Shown: positions 37,773-49,844 of the stretch, one piece after another | Position numbering within the stretch: the stretch's first letter is position 1 | How the letters are laid out: every line of letters begins with the position of its first letter | DNA from: Octopus sinensis | Lineage: Eukaryota | Direction: 5' to 3' | Length of the DNA: 64,000 nucleotides | NCBI RefSeq assembly: GCF_006345805.1 | Contig: NC_043002.1 | Coordinates: forward strand, 75,454,001 to 75,518,000 | The notes under the pieces: model-generated | Database searches by the model: none | What the model was told of the DNA's origin: nothing | The model's input: the letters and a program-made list of their open reading frames with translations, nothing else | Translations under genes and position numbers: made by a program

Positions 37773-40700
37773 ATATACATGTGTGTATATATATATATAT
37801 ATGAATATGGGTATATGTATACATCCATCTTCACATAATTTTGATCTGATATCATATAATTCTCTTCGCTATTATGAATTAATTAACTGCTAAAATTTCA
37901 ACATTAAACCATATCAGATGCTTGTATAAACATGAATTTGATACAGAAAGGGAAAACAGCACCCCTCCCTCCACACACACACCTGTGCATGAGCACACGC
38001 CCCCCATCCCCCCCCATTCTGATGGGGTGGCATTCAGACAGCATTTCTGATAATGGCAGCTTCTTGTAAAGTAATCATTCTTTTGTATTTTGAAAGAAAA
38101 ACAATCCAACCATATTGATTCTGACATGGCATTGATTGTTCCTTGTTTAAAAGACATCGGCAGCTATTGAAGCATCTTTTGCTTCCTTCAATTGCTGGCG
38201 ATGTTTGGTTAAAGAAATTGGATTCTAATTTACTTAGCATAGCTTATTGATTTGGAAACAGGCTAAAATTCTGGGAATGATGTTTAAAATCTGGCATTAG
38301 TTAATTATTATTATTATTATTATTATTATTATTTTCAATTTTCATATTACAGTAGAAATGGTACAATGGTAAAGAGTTGGACTATAGGATTGATGGTGTC
38401 TCTTTTTTATATACATCATCAAACTTATACTTCCTTCTTTTGAAGTCTGTTCACTCTGGAATCAATGAAATAAGTTCCAGCAATTTGGTGCTAGGAAACA
38501 ATTCAATCAACTGTATATCTTCAAAGTGTAGGTAATGTGGCCTGCTGGTTAGAGAGTTTCACTTCTGTTAATAATATCATGAGATTATTTTTTTGGCCAG
38601 GGTCACACATTATGTCCTTGAGCAAGGCACTTCATTTCACATTGCTCCTGCTTGTCATGAGTACCATCTGTCTTACCCTGAATTTTCCATTGGGTCAAGA
38701 GTGAGAGACCTGGGAAGAGGTTTATGACTGCTCACAACGACATGAACGCTTAAAACAATTAGTGAAAGCATAAAACTTACTATCAAACCATACTTGCTAT
38801 TTCTAACAGGTTATGTAACCATGTTGAGGCTCCTGCCTTGACTCAGTAGAATATTTAGTGAGAGGCAGATGCGTTTTCATTTAGGTTCACTGTGTTGTGT
38901 ATCTTTAATTTTTTTTTTTTACTCATTTCGCTCACTGAATTGAGGCCATGCTAGAGCATTGCTTTGACAGATTTTAGTTGAATGATTTGACCTCAGTGCA
39001 TATTTTTGAAGTCTGGTACTTATTTTATCAATTTCTTTTTCCAAACTTCTAAGTTACAGCAACATAAACAAAACTGGCAGCAGTTGTCAAGTGGCGGGAA
39101 GATAAACACAAACTCTAGGACACAGTGACAGATAGACAGACAGACAGTCAGATACACACACATACATACATCACCACTACCACCACCACCACCACCATCA
39201 TCTAATGTCTGTGTTCCATCCTGGTATGGGCTGGGTAGTTTGACAGGATCCAATGTGTCCAGTTTCTTTTTTTTAGTATGGTTTCTAAGGCAGGATGCCC
39301 TTCCTAATGCCAACCACTTTACAACATGGAATGGGTGCTTTATTCATGCCACCCACACTATTGAGGTTGCCATGCAGCACTATGCAGCTTGCAGAACTAC
39401 AAACCCTGGACGGATGGGGTTAGCTTCATGCTAGGGAACAAGGGGGTGGAGCTATGAAACGTAGGTGGGGTGGTAGTGCAGGTTCTTAGTGATTAGATGT
39501 TGATGTAGCTAGTCTTTCTAACCAATTGAGCCATCACAGAGTAGCTTCTTCATTAGCTCAAAATCCCTGATTTATTTTGTTGCTATTATTTGTTTGTTTT
39601 TAAATGTGGAATTTTTCTTTCTATTTTTTTTGCCTGTTCTTCCCCACCATATATTTTTAAAGTTTACTTCTCTTAATAAATGAGATGTTACATAAGTGAT
39701 TTTGTTTGGTTGTCAGAAGCTAATGTGTATGTGAATTTGTAATGAGGGCAAGACAGTCATTTCCTCTTGACATCCTCTTTAAGATGGCAGTAATACTTTT
39801 CATAGTAGTAATAATAGCAATATTCTTGGTTTAGTATTTATTCATGACTTACTCTTGTAGATTTAAAAATAGTTATCAAGACTATTTTGATTCCTAAATA
39901 GTTATCAAAAAGAAATTTGTAAAAAAAAAAAAAAATTATATAAAGACAAAGAACTTTATATCAAGTTTTATAAGTGTTTTGAAACTTGTTTAATTGTACT
40001 TTGGTAGATTTCACTAGATATAAGATATGGCTGGATTTGAAATCTGGCACTATTTGGTTAACTGTCCTGTCATCTAACCACATGTCTAGTTTAACTGACT
40101 CATTTCATGCTAAAAATGTGATATATTCTCTCATAAAATCTGTGTATGTGCAGATGTTTATAGGCTGTAGCTGCATTTGAACTCACAACTCTGTCGTTAA
40201 CTGTCCTGTCATTTAACTACATAGCTAATATGACTGACTCATTTCATGTTAAAAATATAATAAATTCCCTCATAAATTCTATCGTATAATCTATGTATAA
40301 GTATGCATGCATGTGTGTGTGTATGTGTGTGTTTATACACCTATTTGCATGTGTGCGCGCGCACACACACACACACACATATGCAAACATGCCGGCATGT
40401 ATATGTACATATAATAGAGAGTGGTTTGCATTAAGAAGGACACCCATCCATAAAATCTTTTCACTGGTTACTACACTTCAGTACTGTTGTTGTACTGTTG
40501 ACAGGGTTGACCTATTCCACCTATGTGAGCATGGAAGCATAGATGTTAAAAGGAAATAATGATGATGGTAATAATGATGGATGGCCATGGTGGCGGCAGC
40601 AGCAGCGGCAGTGGTGGGTGGTAGCTATGCTAATAATGATGATGATGATGGTGATGATGATTTATCTTATGGCCAGGCTTTCACTGCCAGCTTTGGCAAT

Positions 40701-40900
40701 ATCCTGCATTTCAACATATTATTGAGTTTTAAAGATGTGGTATTAATAGTTTTCATTGTAGTGGTGGTGGCGATGGTGGTAGTGGTAGCAGTAGTAGTAG
40801 TTGTAGTAGTAGTAGTAGTAGGTGTAGTATTTATTCATGGTTAGAAATTCTTATTGACAATGCCTCATTGGACAATGGTTAACTATTTGCAAATTTGAAA

Positions 40901-40939
<39 letters not shown>

Positions 40940-41597
40940 ATCTCTCTCTCTCTCCCCATACACACACTTCATTCTACTTCTCACCACCCATTTCTCTCTC
41001 TCTGTCTGTCTCTTTTCCTCACTCTCAATTACCTATATTGGCTATTAGCAACAAAGACTATCATGCTACAATATATTGATGTGAGCGCCATTGATGGATA
41101 AAAAGTTTTCGCTGTAATAATGGAAGTAACTAAATGATATGGAACTTATTTCTGGCCTAACTTTGCCGTTTCTTGACCAAATGCTCTCGGTGGGAAGTGA
41201 AGTAAACGTGTTGATGGATGATTTAAGATCTTTTTCTTTTATCTTCTTTATCTGCTGATAGGAGGAAATTACTAACCCAAGAATTCTCTGTTGCTGCTAA
41301 CTGATTGAATTCCTTCATATATGTGTGTGTGTGTGTTTATGTATACACACACACATATACATATATACATATATGTGTCTTCTGTATATACATTATATAT
41401 ATATATACATATATATTTATATAATATGACTATGTATATATATGTGTGTGTGTGTGTATATATGTATATATAGATACATACGTACATACATACATGTATA
41501 CATACATATATATAATGGATATGTACATTATATATGTGTGTGTGTGTGTGTATATATATTATATATATATTTATGTATACAGTTATGTGTGCATATA

Positions 41598-41639
<42 letters not shown>

Positions 41640-41729
41640 TATATATGTATGTATGCATATATATATGTATGCATACATATATATATATATATATATATGC
41701 AAACATATATATATATATGCATACATATA

Positions 41730-41766
<37 letters not shown>

Positions 41767-41929
41767 GGATGCATATGTATGAAATGGAAATTCAATTTCA
41801 ACTAAGTTTCAGTTTTCACTGCTATCATGGAAAATATGCTGCTTCTATGCGAAAGCTGTCTTTTAATAGAGAATGTCCAATGATGTTATTAATGAGTAAA
41901 CGTCTCCTTGCATTAACCCCTTTATTCCT

Positions 41930-42240
41930 CAGATGATGATTGAGGATTATGATGGCGATGATGACCATGACTATGATTATGATGACGACGATGATGATAC
42001 CGGTTGTTATTGTGGTTGACTACTGTGGGTTGAGTCTTTTATTTTTGGTACCGACCCACACTGGTACAGACTTCAAATTAGCAGCAGTAGCAATGATGAG
42101 GGTGCCAATTATAATGAGGATGATGGTGATGATGGCAGTAGTGGTGGTGATGATGGTAATGGTGGTGGTTACAGTGGTGATGATAATGATGAGTGATGGT
42201 AACAGTGATGATGGTGGTGGTGAGGACAATGATTATAAGC
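41930..42240. repeat. Degenerate (ATG)/(GTG) trinucleotide tract (similar at 1450-1930, 40555-40830, 52020-52240, 62380-62560)
   Basis: Seen directly. Confidence 0.9.
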
Positions 42241-43410
42241 TTAACTTCCAGATTATGTGATATGGAAGTTATAGCGTGTAAAAATAAATAAATGTTATGG
42301 ATTGGTCTTCAAGACATTTTAATTGTAATGGTTTGAATGATGCTGAAAACAACTAAATCCCCCCCCCCTCGCCTCAGTAAGTAGCACCTTAAGTCAACCC
42401 TGACCATGAAGACTCATGATAGGTATGGGTATTTAATCTCTCTCCCCTCCTCTTCCTCAAACTTAGCATTCCTTAAACCTTTGGCAATTAAACCACCCGT
42501 GTCCAACCCAAATATTCAACCTATTTTATGTTCAAACTGGCTTGATCCAGCCTCTCACACTTATCCTTCAATGTATTACCAAGAAGAAACAATCATGATC
42601 ATCAGCATTAACGTCTGCCTTTTATGTTGGCATGGGTTGGACGGTTTTACAGGAGCTGGCCATGCAGAAGACTGCACCAGACTTCTGTGTCTGTTTTGGC
42701 ATGGTTTTTACAGCTGGATGCCCTTCCTAACACCAGCCACCTTGCAGAGTGGACAATCACATCATTAACATCTCAAAGCTATAAGATAATGCATAAGTAA
42801 TGCAAAACAATCATCATCATCATCATCATCATCATTTAGCGTCCGTTTTCCATGCTAGCATGGGTTGGACGGTTCTACTGGGGTCTGTGAAGCCAGAAGG
42901 CTTCATCAGGCCCAGTCAAATCTGGCAGTGTTTCTACGGCTGGATGCCCTTCCTAACGCCAACCACTCCGTGAGTGTAGTGGGTGCTTTTTACGTGCCAC
43001 CCGCACTGGTGCCAGACAGAGCTGGCAAACGGCCACGAACGGATGGTGCTTTTTATGTGCCACCGGCACGAGGGCCAGGCGAGGCTGGCAACGGACACGA
43101 AACGGGGCGGTGCTGGCAACGGTCGCGAAACGGAAAGTTCTCTTACATGCCACCGGCACTGGTAACACATCTGCAATTTCCATTGATCGATTTCGATTCT
43201 GATCCTCACTTGCCTCAATGGGTCTTCACAAGCAGAGTTTCGACATGCCACCGGCACTGGTAGCACATCCGCAATTTCCATTGATCGATTTCGATTCTGA
43301 TCCTCACTTGCCTCAACACGTCTTCACAAGTAGAGTTTTGTGTCCCAAGAAGGGAAGGTATGCATACGTAGGCTGGCTCCATCCCATGTAGAAGGCCACG
43401 GGTTGTGGAC

Positions 43411-44303
43411 TCACTTGTCCTGCCGGGTCTTCTCGCGCACAGCACACTTCCAGAGGTCTCGGTCTCTAGTCATTTCCTCAGTGAGACCTAAAGTTCGAAG
43501 TTCGTGCTTCACCACCTCGTCCCAGGTTTTCCTGGGTCTGCCTCTTCCACAGGTTCCCTCAACCGCTAGGGTGTGGCACTTTTTCACACAACTATCTTCA
43601 TCCATTCTCGCCACATGACCATACCAGTGCAAACGTCTCTCTTGCACACACAACTGATGCTTCTTAGGTCCAGCTTTTCTCTCAAGGTACTTACACTCTG
43701 CCGAGTGTGAGTACCGGCATTACACATCCATCGGAGCATACTGGCTTCATTTCTAGCGAGCTTACGCATATCCTCAGCAGTCACGGCCCATGTTTCACTG
43801 CCATGTAGCATGGCTGTTCGTACACACGCATCATACAGTCTGCCTTTCACTCTGTGCGAGAGGCCTTTTGTCACCAGCAGAGGTAAGAGCTCTCTGAACT
43901 TTGCCCAAGCTATTCTTACTCTAGCAGTTACACTTTCAGCACACCCGCCCCCGCTGCTGACTTGGTCACCTATGTAACGGAAACTATCAACTATTTCTAG
44001 TTTTTCTCCCTGGAAAGTGACGGAAGTTGGTCTCAGAGCATTTTCAGTGTTTATTGTTCCTGAGCATCTGCCACATACAAAAACCATCTTCCTAGTTAGC
44101 CTTCCTTTGACATTGCTGCATCTCTTATGTGTCCATAGCTTACACTTGGTGCATCTTATAGAGTTTCTACCTACACCTTTTCTACAGATCGAGCAGCGCC
44201 ATCTACCTGAAGGTGTTTGTGATTTGTCTACCTTCCTACTGATTACGACTTTGGTTTTAGCTAGATTGACTCTGAGCCCTTCGATTCTAATCCTTGTTTC
44301 CAC
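43411..44303 (-). pseudogene. C-terminal part of the RTE ORF, including a C4HC3 (PHD-type) zinc finger at 44064-44195
   Basis: Reads GLRVNLAKTKV, then CSIC-x10-CTKC-x4-H-x2-C-x14-CGRC, then VDSFRYIGD, MLHGSETW. It frameshifts near 43640 into RRLHWYGHVARM...GRPRKTW, with the stop at 43411. Confidence 0.9.
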
Positions 44304-45256
44304 ACCTGAAACTTCTCCTCCAGTTCTGATAGCGACTCAGCAATTAGAGCAAGGTCATCAGCATAGAGGAGCTCCCAAGGGCATCCTGTCTTGAATTCCT
44401 CCGTTATTGCCTGGAGGACTATGATAAATAGGAGGGGGCTGAGTACTGAGTCTTGGTGGACCCCTACCTCTACCCGGAATTCTTCACTGTACTCATTTCC
44501 AACCCTCACCCTACTAGCGGCGTCCCTATACATGGCCCGCACAGCTCTCACTAACCATTCATCTATCCCTAGTTTTCTCATTGCCCACCAGATAAGGGAT
44601 CGGGGGACCCTGTCGAAGGCTTTCTCCATGTCAACAAAAGCCAGGTACAGGGGCTTATCTTTGGCTAGGTATTTCTCCTGCAGCTGCCTTACCAGGAATA
44701 TAGCATCAGTAGTACTTTTCCCTGGCACAAACCCAAACTGCATCTCATCTAAACTAACTCTCTCTCTAATTAGTTGGGCTATGACCCTCTCCGTAACCTT
44801 CATCACCTGGTCCAACAGCTTGATACCTCTGTAGTTATTTGTATCTAGGGCATCACCTTTACCTTTGTAGCAGTTGACTATTATACTGCTACACCAGTCA
44901 TTGGGTATGACCCCTTTGTGTATCACCTGATTAACTATATGGGTGACTAGGCTATAGCCGACACTACCAGACATTTTGAGCATCTCTGCAGTGATTCCTG
45001 ATGGGCCTGGGGCTTTCCCTGTCTTCATGCTTCTAATTGCCTTAGCTACCACAGAACTATCAACTCGGATAGCTGGTCCCTCTGTTGGGTCAACATTCGG
45101 CAGACTCTCTTTATCCCATTCATTTTCTTCATTCAGCAACCTTAAACCTCTCTTTGCATCCTCATTTAGCGCAAGTGAACCATCTTCCATGCGAACACAC
45201 TTCTCTCCTACCACATCACGATTCTCTCTCACACACTGTCTTGCAACACGAAACAC
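44261..45256 (-). pseudogene. Reverse transcriptase domain of the RTE LINE (331-aa ORF fragment)
   Basis: Contains KAPGPSGI, NYRGIKLL, QFGFVPGKST, KAFDRV, SPLLF and YADD. It frameshifts near the end into ORF 43584-44303. Confidence 0.95.
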
Positions 45257-45541
45257 CTCCAGTCTTTGGTCCTCACGGCGCAGAACTTGGCAAATTTTTT
45301 CTTATCTGCTTCCCCTCTGGCTAAATAAACCTGTCTCCTAGCTTCTCTTTTGGCAGTCTGATACAATTCCCTGCAACCCCCATTTTTCCAGACCTTCCAA
45401 GCCTGTCTCTTTTCTCTAATAGCCTGTCTACAATATTGTTCCACCATCACGTTATTCTAGGTCGAGAGGGGACTTTGCACCAGCCACAGATCTGGTCAGT
45501 GGCTCTCAGCAGGTTGTCCCTTAGAAACGTCCAGCTGTCTT

Positions 45542-46554
45542 CTACCCCCTGTGATGCTCTATCCCTTCTACTTCGTCAGAGGCTTCAAGTAATATGTCCC
45601 TAAATCTCTGTCCATTTGCAGGATCTTTAAGCTTCCAGATCCTTCTTCTCCATATTTGTCGTCTTCTGGTTGTCCTCCTAGTCCTGATCCTAAAGTCACT
45701 AACTACCAGTCTATGTTGTGGGGTACATTCTTCACCTGGGAAGGTTTTGGCATTTATAAGCAGCCATCTCTCCCTTTGCCTTGTAAGGATGTAGTCAATT
45801 TGGCTGGTATGTTGGCCCGATTGGTAAGTGACTAGGTGGCTGGTAGGTTTCCTGAAGTTAGTGTTGCAAATCATAAGATTATTTGCATCGCAGAACTCCA
45901 GCAGCCTGGTTCCCTCCTCGTTGCGGGAACCATAGCCATAGCCTCCATGTACGCCATGGAAGCCCCCAGCATGTCGTCCAACGTGACCATTGAAGTCACC
46001 AGCCACAAAGATAAGGTCTCTGTTGTTCGTCAACGAGGTAGTCTGCAGTAGAGTGTCATAGAATCGGTCTTTCTGTCCATCGGGTAGCCCCGACTGAGGA
46101 GCATAGGCTGATATAATGGTTGCTAAACTATGATGAAGCACTAATCTAATCTTAAGTATTCTGTCACTTACTCTGATTACCTCAATTACTTTATCTACCC
46201 ATTTCTCAGCGATAAGTATACCCACGCCACCAACCCCGTCAGTGTTCCCTGCCCAGAAAATCTTGTACCTGCGTTCCTTGCCTGTGAGGAACCTAGCTGA
46301 TCCTCTCTCCACCTTATTTCTTGCATGCAACATATATCCACACATCTCCGTTCAAGCATCTCGACTATCTCACCAGACCTACCTTTCAGAGTGCCAACGT
46401 TGAGGGTGCCAACCCTGAGGGTGTGGAAGGCATGGGCTCTAGAGACCCTGGGACGGTGGACAGTAGCTTCGTGTACCTGAAAAGAAAGCTCGCATTTGGC
46501 AGAATTCATGTGCAAGAAATGAAGTAGTAAAGTAGCCTTCAGTACAACCTGCAT
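45542..46554 (-). pseudogene. APE-type endonuclease domain of the RTE LINE, split by a frameshift near 46300
   Basis: ORF 46195-46554 (TLRVGTLNVGTL...CMQEIRWR) and ORF 45542-46345 (GVGGVGIL, SAYAPQ, AGDFNGHVG, QIDYIL) are two frames of one domain. Confidence 0.93.
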
Positions 46555-46730
46555 AACGCTAGCCTTTCATATTTTGCACTGTATGAACATTACCTTACAT
46601 AGGTCGAGACTAGGGGCAGGGAGGGGTAGGGATGGTGAGAGCATTTGCAGTCTTCATGGGAAGCAACCCCGGAATGGAAGAGAATAGGAACTTCCGGCAT
46701 GCATGGTGGGGGTGGGAGGGGGGTGCACGT

Positions 46731-47744
46731 GTAGCTGAGTAAAGAGGTTCTGTTAATCGTGAGCTAGCAAATGGGTTTGTATGAATCGGGAGACAATACT
46801 AAACGAAAAATTGAAAAATTGAAAAATCAGAGTGGCTATGAACCTGGAGACAAGTCTAAACGAAAAAAAAATGTTTGAGCTAGACAGGGTAATGAGGGAA
46901 TACTGAAAGAATGAGGGACAATACAATGAGATGGAAATTGAAGAATAGAGAAAGAATAAGGATAAGTGCAAGAAAGAAGGTAGTTGTAGCGAGGTTGGAC
47001 GATTCACTTAACTTTTAGCCATTCATGATCTGTGCGTATTCTTTAGATATTTTGAAGCGAGTGGGGTTAACGATAAATGCGATCACTCTTTTATGTATGG
47101 CGATGATGGTTTTGGGGAGGGGGGGGCATAGAGGACCATGGCGATGATGGTTATGGGAAGGGGGGACATAGCGAGAGAGAGATAGGGTTAGTTAGAGAGA
47201 GAGGTCAAGGGACACGTGACAATAAGCGGCGTGTGTGAGGGAATTTGACTGGGGACGGCATTGTCGATAAATAAACATTAGATAAATAGGTTTGAAAATC
47301 AGAAAAATCAGAGGGAATATCATTATTGATAGCTAATATAACACCGTAGCTGAGTAAAGAGGTTCTGTTAATCGTGAGCTAGCAAATGGGTTTGTATGAA
47401 TCGGGAGACAATACTAAACGAAAAATTGAAAAATTGAAAAATCAGAGTGGCTATGAACCTGGAGACAAGTCTAAACGAAAAAAAAATGTTTGAGCTAGAC
47501 AGGGTAATGAGGGAATACTGAAAGAATGAGGGACAATACAATGAGATGGAAATTGAAGAATAGAGAAAGAATAAGGATAAGTGCAAGAAAGAAGGTAGTC
47601 GTAGCGAGGTTGGACGATTCACTTAACTTTTAGCCATTCATGATCTGTGCGTATTCTTTAGATATTTTGAAGTGAGTGGGGTTAACGATAAATGCGATCA
47701 CTCTTTTATGTATGGCGATGATGGTTTTGGGGAGTGGGGGGGCA
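46731..47744. repeat. Two near-identical direct repeats of about 397 bp (46731-47128 and 47346-47744) with a spacer of about 217 bp
   Basis: Both start GTAGCTGAGTAAAGAGGTTCTG and end TTTTGGGGAG(G/T)GGGGGGCA. I saw about 3 substitutions. The duplicated 84-aa ORFs differ by one residue. Confidence 0.95.
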
Positions 47745-47821
47745 ATCCAGATAAATAAACCATACATTTGTCAGAATAATCTGAACACTAAAGGGTTAGT
47801 CTAAGGTGCTATTTTTTTTTA

Positions 47822-48060
47822 TCTTTGATTCGTTTCAGTTAGTGGACTGTGGTCATGCTGGGGCACAGCCTTCAAGGTTTTTCAGTCAAACAAATTGCCC
47901 TCCAGTACTTATGGGTTTTTTAAAATCTGGTACTTATATTATCAGTCTCTTTTGCCAAATTGCTAGGTTACAGGGATGTAAATAAACCAACACTAGTTGT
48001 CAAGTGATGGGTTGGCTGAGTGCTCGGGTGACAAACACAGACAAAAAGATAGACAAACAT
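47822..48060 (-). mobile_element. SINE family A 3' module, reverse
   Basis: TTTCAGTTAGTGGACTGTGGTCATGCTGGGGCAC...CTTTTGCCAAATTGCTAGG. Confidence 0.7.
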
Positions 48061-48145
48061 GCATGTGTACAATATATAAGCTTACATACAATATCTGACA
48101 AGCTACTCATTTTCCATATGTGTGTGTGTATATATATATATATAT

Positions 48146-48182
<37 letters not shown>

Positions 48183-48548
48183 CAACTGTCTTTGAAGACT
48201 CATGTTGTCGTTGAATGCTTGAAATGTGGAGTAGATAGACAACCGAAAACTGATGAAGGGTCCTTTCTCTGTGTTTACTTGTCCTGTTTTCCATTTTTTC
48301 TTGTTGTTTATGTATTTAACTCGTTTATTTACATATTTCATGTTATTTGCACTGTTGAAGATGTCTTGTACCCATATATGCATGTGTATATATATATATA
48401 TATGCACAAAAAAGTACTCCATCTGGTGAGAGATAAATATTGTTCAATGTTCAAATCATTTAGTTATGAGCTACTAGTAGTTTCATACATTAGAGATGTG
48501 GTCTAGGCAGATTGTATAAGATGCCTAGTGTCTCTTCTAGCAATCTGC

Positions 48549-48580
<32 letters not shown>

Positions 48581-48607
48581 ACACGTACACATATACTCCT
48601 ACACACA

Positions 48608-48772
48608 TGATGTACTTCCATACAGTTTCCACCTACCAAATTCACTTCACAAAGCATTAGCCTAATCAGGGTTTTAGTAGAAAACATTTGCCCAAGGCAT
48701 ATTATGCATTGGAACTGAACCCAAAAACCACTTGGTCACAACTTGAGCTTCTTAACCACACAGCCATGCTAG
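48608..48772 (-). mobile_element. SINE family A head and body, reverse
   Basis: GTTTCCACCTACCAAATTC...GAACTGAACCC...TTAACCACACAGCCATG. Confidence 0.75.
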
Positions 48773-49040
48773 ACTGTAACCCCCCCCCCCCATCTCCCTT
48801 CTCTCCTCTCTTTTGCTGGCTCATGATATCAAATGTTTGTGAGAGAGGTGACTGAAACATCTTGAAAACATATTATACTTTGGGTGGCTGCTGCTGATGG
48901 TAGGTATGATGGTGATGGTAACAAGGGAGATGACTAAGTTTAGTTTTTAGCTGGTTTTAGACATTACTGCTGAGGCCATGCTAGAGTGCCATGAAATTGA
49001 TTGCTGATGACTAAGTAAAGAGCAGCTGCCGCTGCTGCTG

Positions 49041-49073
<33 letters not shown>

Positions 49074-49844
49074 TGACAGATTCCAGATTCGGTGTTTGAT
49101 AGTAAGAACTACTTGAAGCAGGATTGGGATTAAGCAGGAGATAAATTAGGGAAATAGTTACTGACATGTCGCATTCATCTGATATGTGTGTCAACAAGAA
49201 GTAATGGCTTGTAAAGTATGTGTGTGTGTGTATACCTGTACCAGCACACGTGTGTATGTGTGTGGACATTCTCTAGTGAAAGACAACTTTTTTCATAGAA
49301 GCAACATGTTTTCAATGAAGTGAAAAGATATGTGTGTGTTAGTTTTAGACTTTGGATAATGCTAAGTGCTCTATGAAACAAGACTATTTTTTATTCCTAG
49401 TTTCACTACCATTTGGTATTTAACAGTGGTTACTCTCAAATCTATTGTACTCTAAATCTCCTTTACAATACTATACATGCCAGTCTTGAAGTGCTGATCA
49501 GCCAGACTTGGAGTGTGCAATAATCACACCAGTGGTACTAATGTTGGGAAATGAGGGACTTCCTAACATAAAGGAGAAAGCTATAACTCTTGACCTGTCA
49601 TTCATTTTGGTTCTTTAATGGGGTCATTACATGACTGGGGCTTTGATTCGGAGTCAACTGTTCCAAGATGCAACACCTGACATTGGTTCCTACTATGGCA
49701 CACATGGAGAGATATGGTCAAGTGAGTTAACTATAGCGATATCTAACTTTTTTTTTTTGCACTGTGGTCTGGTGTCATGCAATACAATTTTTTTCACAGA
49801 TTGGAGGATCATGCACTCTTATTATTTATTGTTAGTGTTTGTAG

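Larger units (their letters stand above)
42811..46554 (-). mobile_element. RTE-clade non-LTR retrotransposon (LINE), near full length, disrupted by several frameshifts and at least one stop
   Basis: Collinear minus-strand ORF fragments give an APE endonuclease (GTLNV, QEIRW, SAYAP, GDFNGHVG, QIDYIL, PQHRLV), then RT (QFGFVPGKSTTDAIF, AFVDMEKAFDRV, SPLLFIIVL, LYADD), then an RTE C-terminus (LYDACVRTAMLHGSETW, LHWYGHVARM, GRGRPRKTW). A 3' UTR ends in an (ATG)n tail at 42811-42835. The 5' UTR may extend to about 46730 or 47742. Confidence 0.95.

Noticed and set aside
46753-47007. Duplicated 84-aa ORF (also 47368-47622)
   Set aside because: An F/S/L-rich antisense read of a purine-rich repeat; its duplication only reflects the direct repeat.
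46730-47744. TRIM or LTR interpretation of the direct repeats (TG...CA in copy 1)
   Set aside because: Copy 2 starts CG, and I found no primer-binding site, no adjacent polypurine tract in either orientation, and no TSD around the pair.
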